A program made the position numbers and the translations under genes. A stretch of DNA of 64,000 nucleotides from Rebecca billardiae RCC1528 (taxonomy: Eukaryota; Protista; Haptophyta), in the NCBI GenBank assembly GCA_965240325.2, contig OZ251225.1, positions 2,666,001-2,730,000 on the forward strand, written 5' to 3'. Below, in pieces: positions 60,605 through 64,000 of the stretch. Position 1 is the first letter of the stretch. Every line of letters starts with the position of its first letter. A model generated the notes under the pieces. The model was given only the letters and a program-made list of their open reading frames with translations, ran no database searches and was not told where the DNA came from.

Positions 60605-62679
60605 ATGGCGGAGGAGAACAGCCTCACGGAGAAGCTGGTGAAAGACGACGAGCAGGCCGAGCGCGCTGAAGCTGGCGCGGACGATGCCGGCGCCGACGAC
60701 GAGCATGACGAGCCTCCGCCCCCGGGCCCCGTGGACAAGGTCGCAGCCAGGCTGAGCGAAGCGCGCAAGCGCATCTCCGAGACGCCCGCGGCGCGCGCGT
60801 GCGCGGGCTTCATGAGCTCGGGCACGTCGCGCGTGCTCGTCGGGGTCCTGCTCGTCCTACTCGCTGCGGGGCTGGGAGCGGTCGGCGGCGCGCTCTTCGA
60901 CCGCAGCGCTGAGAATGCGGAGCGGCGCCACCCAGTCGCACCTGAACCCGCGCCTTTGCCGAGCCCGCACGTCCGGCCGCATCCTCAGCCCGTACCAGTG
61001 CCGCATCCGGTCCGGCCCGCGCCGAAGCCGTCGCCGAAGCCCAGTACGAGCCAGCCCGAGCCTCCGGCCACCTACATGCCGCCGCCGGCGCCGCCGCCGC
61101 TGCCGACGCTCGCGCCGTCGCCACCAGCCGGGATCTCGCCGCCGCCGTTCCCGCCGCTCTACGTCGGCCCCGAGGACGAGGAGCCGCCGCCCGCGCCGAT
61201 CTGCCACTTCCACCAGCCCTCTGCGGCGGACGACCCCACCACCAAGCACCCGGGCACCGACCGCGACCGGCTGCGCCGCCTCGTCTTCGTGAACGAGTGC
61301 GACAGCGACCTGCTGGTCAACATTCAGGGCTTCACGTTTTGGGACACAGGCCGGTGGCACATGCAGGATCTGCCGCACGATGGCGGCTTCCCGCTCGCGG
61401 CGGGGGACAGCGTGGAGGAGTTCATCTCGGAGCGGCTCTACTCCGGCCGCATCTGGGCGCGGCCCAACTGCCGCTCGCCGTGCAACATCGTCTCGTGCGG
61501 CAACCCGCACAACTTGAAGGCCAAGTGCACCTTCCACAAGGGCTCGCGTGAGCCCCAGTGCCTGCGCGACGGCCTCTGGTGCGACACGGGCAACTGCCCG
61601 GGCGGCAACGAGACGACGTGCCGCGGCGAAGTGGGCGAGTTCATCGGCGGGCTGCCGCCCGGCCCGCTCCTCGAGCTCACGCTGTGCGGCGGCCGCGGCT
61701 CGCGCATCGCGTGCTACAAGGACGGCCCGGCGTACAACCAGAAGGAGTGCGACGCGCTCCCCACCTCCGACTACTACGACATCAGCAACGTGGACGGCAC
61801 GTCCAAGATCTGGGCGGGGATGGAGGTGATCAGGGGGAGGCGGCTCACGGGCGCGTACGCGCCGCAGGGCCGCTTCAACTGCGGCGCGGCCAACATGCCC
61901 GGCGCCTTCGACATGAGCAGCTGCCCGCAGCCACTCCGGATTGCGCGCAACGACTCCGACCCTCACGGCTACTCGGCCAACGCGACGGTCGAGGATGCGG
62001 TGGGGTGCCTCTCGGCGTGCAACTTCATGTCGCAGGTGGCGTGGTCCGCGCCCGGACAGCCGAAATCCCGCTGGGTGGCCGACCGCCGCAGATCGCAGAA
62101 CCAGACCGAGGGCACAGGCGGCACGCAGCCAGATGAGTCGACCGTCACGTCTGAGGATGTCGCGCGCACGTGCTGCGAGTGCGGCCACGGCGCTGACCGA
62201 GGCATCTGCCCCGCGCCGAGGGTCATGCCGGGCGGCGAGGTGCGCGCGCGCGCGCGCGCTCGCGCCACGCTCGCGCCGCCTGCGCGCGCCAACGGCCTGC
62301 GCGTGCTCACGCACGACAGCCCGCCGCCGCACCCACCACGGTGTCGCCGCCATCCACGCCGCAGGTGATCTGGCCGCCGCCCAACGACGCGTGCATCGCC
62401 GGCTGCTCGCCTTACGCCAACTACCCCAAGTCGTACAAGAAGACGATGTGCACGCTCGGGCAGATGCCCGCGATCAAGTTCAACGAGCGCACGAGCATCG
62501 AGCTCAGCCAGGTGCAGAAGATCTTCAAGGACTGGGCGCCGGAGGCGTACTCGTGGCAGTTCGACGACATGTCCTCGACCTACCTGTGCGAGGGCGCTGA
62601 CTTCAAGCTCACCTTCTGCCCGCGCACCAAGAAGCACGACTCCGACAAGCACGGGGGCAGCGGCAAGGGCGACAAGTGA
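60605..62679 (+). CDS. Membrane-anchored thaumatin-like protein, 2 exons (intron 62240-62364)
   Basis: FVNEC, SGRIWAR..C, CDTGNC, LELTL, DYYDISNVDG, CLSAC and FK...PEAYSWQFDD.SSTYLC...LTFCP. N-terminal TM segment and Pro-rich stalk. Confidence 0.88.
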
Positions 62680-62885
62680 GTCCTATGCGTGGCCGCGCGC
62701 TGTCGAGGCGGGTGCTTGGCAGCGCTGCCATAGTGGACCGATCACGCCGATGCATGTGCTCGCGCAGGATATTGCCCGCACGAGACGATTGAAGAAGCTT
62801 ACGAGTTACGGCGGCTACATACAGCCTCAGAGCGCTATACTACTGTCATCGATAATATATTAGTACGTACTGTTGCCAACTTTGA

Positions 62886-63980
62886 TCATCGTGCGTCAGT
62901 CATAGTGAGTGAGTCATGCGGCGTGCTCCGAGAACGTAGCAATATAGGGGGGTCTGGATCCAGTTCAGCTTCGGAAGGGGGGCAGCTGCGGGCACGGAGG
63001 GACGCGCGCTCTTGCTCCGCCTCAGCTGCTGCGCCCTTCTTGGTCTCGGCGGTGCAGAGCCCGGCGGCAGTGGATGCGATGATGGTGGCGCCACCGCACA
63101 GCGTTAAGATGCCCACGTGCCGCTCCTCCGCCGTGCGGCCGAAAGCAGCCTGCAGGCTGATGGAGCCTAGCACCTCCGCTGCGATGAGGAGTACGCCAGA
63201 CACCGCTGCGTCCATCACCGCCATGCCCGACGCCATAAGCGCCTGCGTGCAGACCATAATGCTTGCGAAGGATAGCAGCGAGGCCCACGCCCAAGGGCTC
63301 CCTTCCCCCAAGCCACCGGCCAGTGGCAGCGACAGGCTCGCAGGGACCAGGAGGCCGCACGCGGGTGCCGCGGCGATGAGGCCTAGCGTCTGCGTGAGGA
63401 CGAGGGCGTGGAGAGGGGTATTCGATCTCACGTGGAGTACGCGCACTGCTGCGTAACCCACCGCGACGATGCAGGCACCGACGAGGGCGGCGGCAATGCC
63501 TCGGATCCGCATGATGTGCCTTGGAGCGTCGCCGTGATGGACGCCAGAGTTTGCAACGAGCCCCACGCCGACGACGATGCCGACACCGGACCAGACGCGC
63601 ATCGCGCTGATTGGCTCGCGCAGGAAGAGCCAGCCCAATGGAGAGGACCACAGGGCGACGGAGGCGAGCAGGATCATCGCGTCGGCGAGGGGTAGAAGCG
63701 CAACTGCCGTGTATGACAGCGCCGTGCCGAGGCCCGCGCCGAGCGCTCGCACGATGAGCCAGCCCCACGGCCGCGGGCTCGGCCCGAGCCACGAGCGCAC
63801 TGGCACGCCGCGCGCCACGAGGAATGCGCAGAAGAGCGCGAGCTGAAGACAGCTGCCGATGAAGATCATCTGCATGGGGCCCATACCGAGCGTCTGCGCT
63901 ACCTGGATGAGCAGCGACTGCACCGCGAAGCCCAAGCCGGCGAAAGCCGTACCGAGCACGCCGCGCCAGGCGGGCAGCAT
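62886..63980 (-). CDS. EamA/DMT-superfamily transporter (SLC35G-like)
   Basis: About 10 TM segments; LPLADA and LGWLFLREP motifs. Confidence 0.85.
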   Translation of the reverse strand: MLPAWRGVLGTAFAGLGFAVQSLLIQVAQTLGMGPMQMIFIGSCLQLALFCAFLVARGVPVRSWLGPSPRPWGWLIVRALGAGLGTALSYTAVALLPLADAMILLASVALWSSPLGWLFLREPISAMRVWSGVGIVVGVGLVANSGVHHGDAPRHIMRIRGIAAALVGACIVAVGYAAVRVLHVRSNTPLHALVLTQTLGLIAAAPACGLLVPASLSLPLAGGLGEGSPWAWASLLSFASIMVCTQALMASGMAVMDAAVSGVLLIAAEVLGSISLQAAFGRTAEERHVGILTLCGGATIIASTAAGLCTAETKKGAAAEAEQERASLRARSCPPSEAELDPDPPILLRSRSTPHDSLTMTDAR

Positions 63981-64000
63981 GCCGGCAAGCGCATTGATTC

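Overview
GC-rich, compact eukaryotic DNA, most likely a haptophyte-type alga. This is an inference from short GC-rich introns (at least one GC-AG) and a plastid ribosomal protein with a signal peptide. Bases 1848-24381 are one nested mobile-element complex. A young gag-only LTR retroelement (309-bp LTRs, about 3.46 kb when emptied) sits in a (TA)n tract. Its gag region is split at a single TA by a 17.6-kb 'train' of elements: TA-X-TA-T-TA-T-TA-T-TA-T-TA-X-TA. X is a 790-bp non-coding element with imperfect inverted ends. T is a 3997-bp IS630/Tc1/mariner element with 9-bp TIRs, an intact transposase with unusual DD47E spacing, and an internal 5 x 417-bp array. The 5' LTR is separately interrupted by a 1493-bp Helitron2-like element. 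A 2.16-kb CACC...GGTG TIR element sits in another (TA)n tract (39582-41737). The host genes are a Cys/Met PLP lyase, a DUF445 protein, dynein LC8, a HisD-HisG fusion, Spg1/Tem1 GTPase, dCMP deaminase, CEP70-like and TMEM164-like proteins, a giant sulfotransferase plus multi-glycosyltransferase protein, plastid uL15, ubiquilin, U1-C, TGS1, a membrane-anchored thaumatin-like protein, an EamA transporter and three hypothetical proteins. All calls come from reading the sequence by eye; no searches were run.
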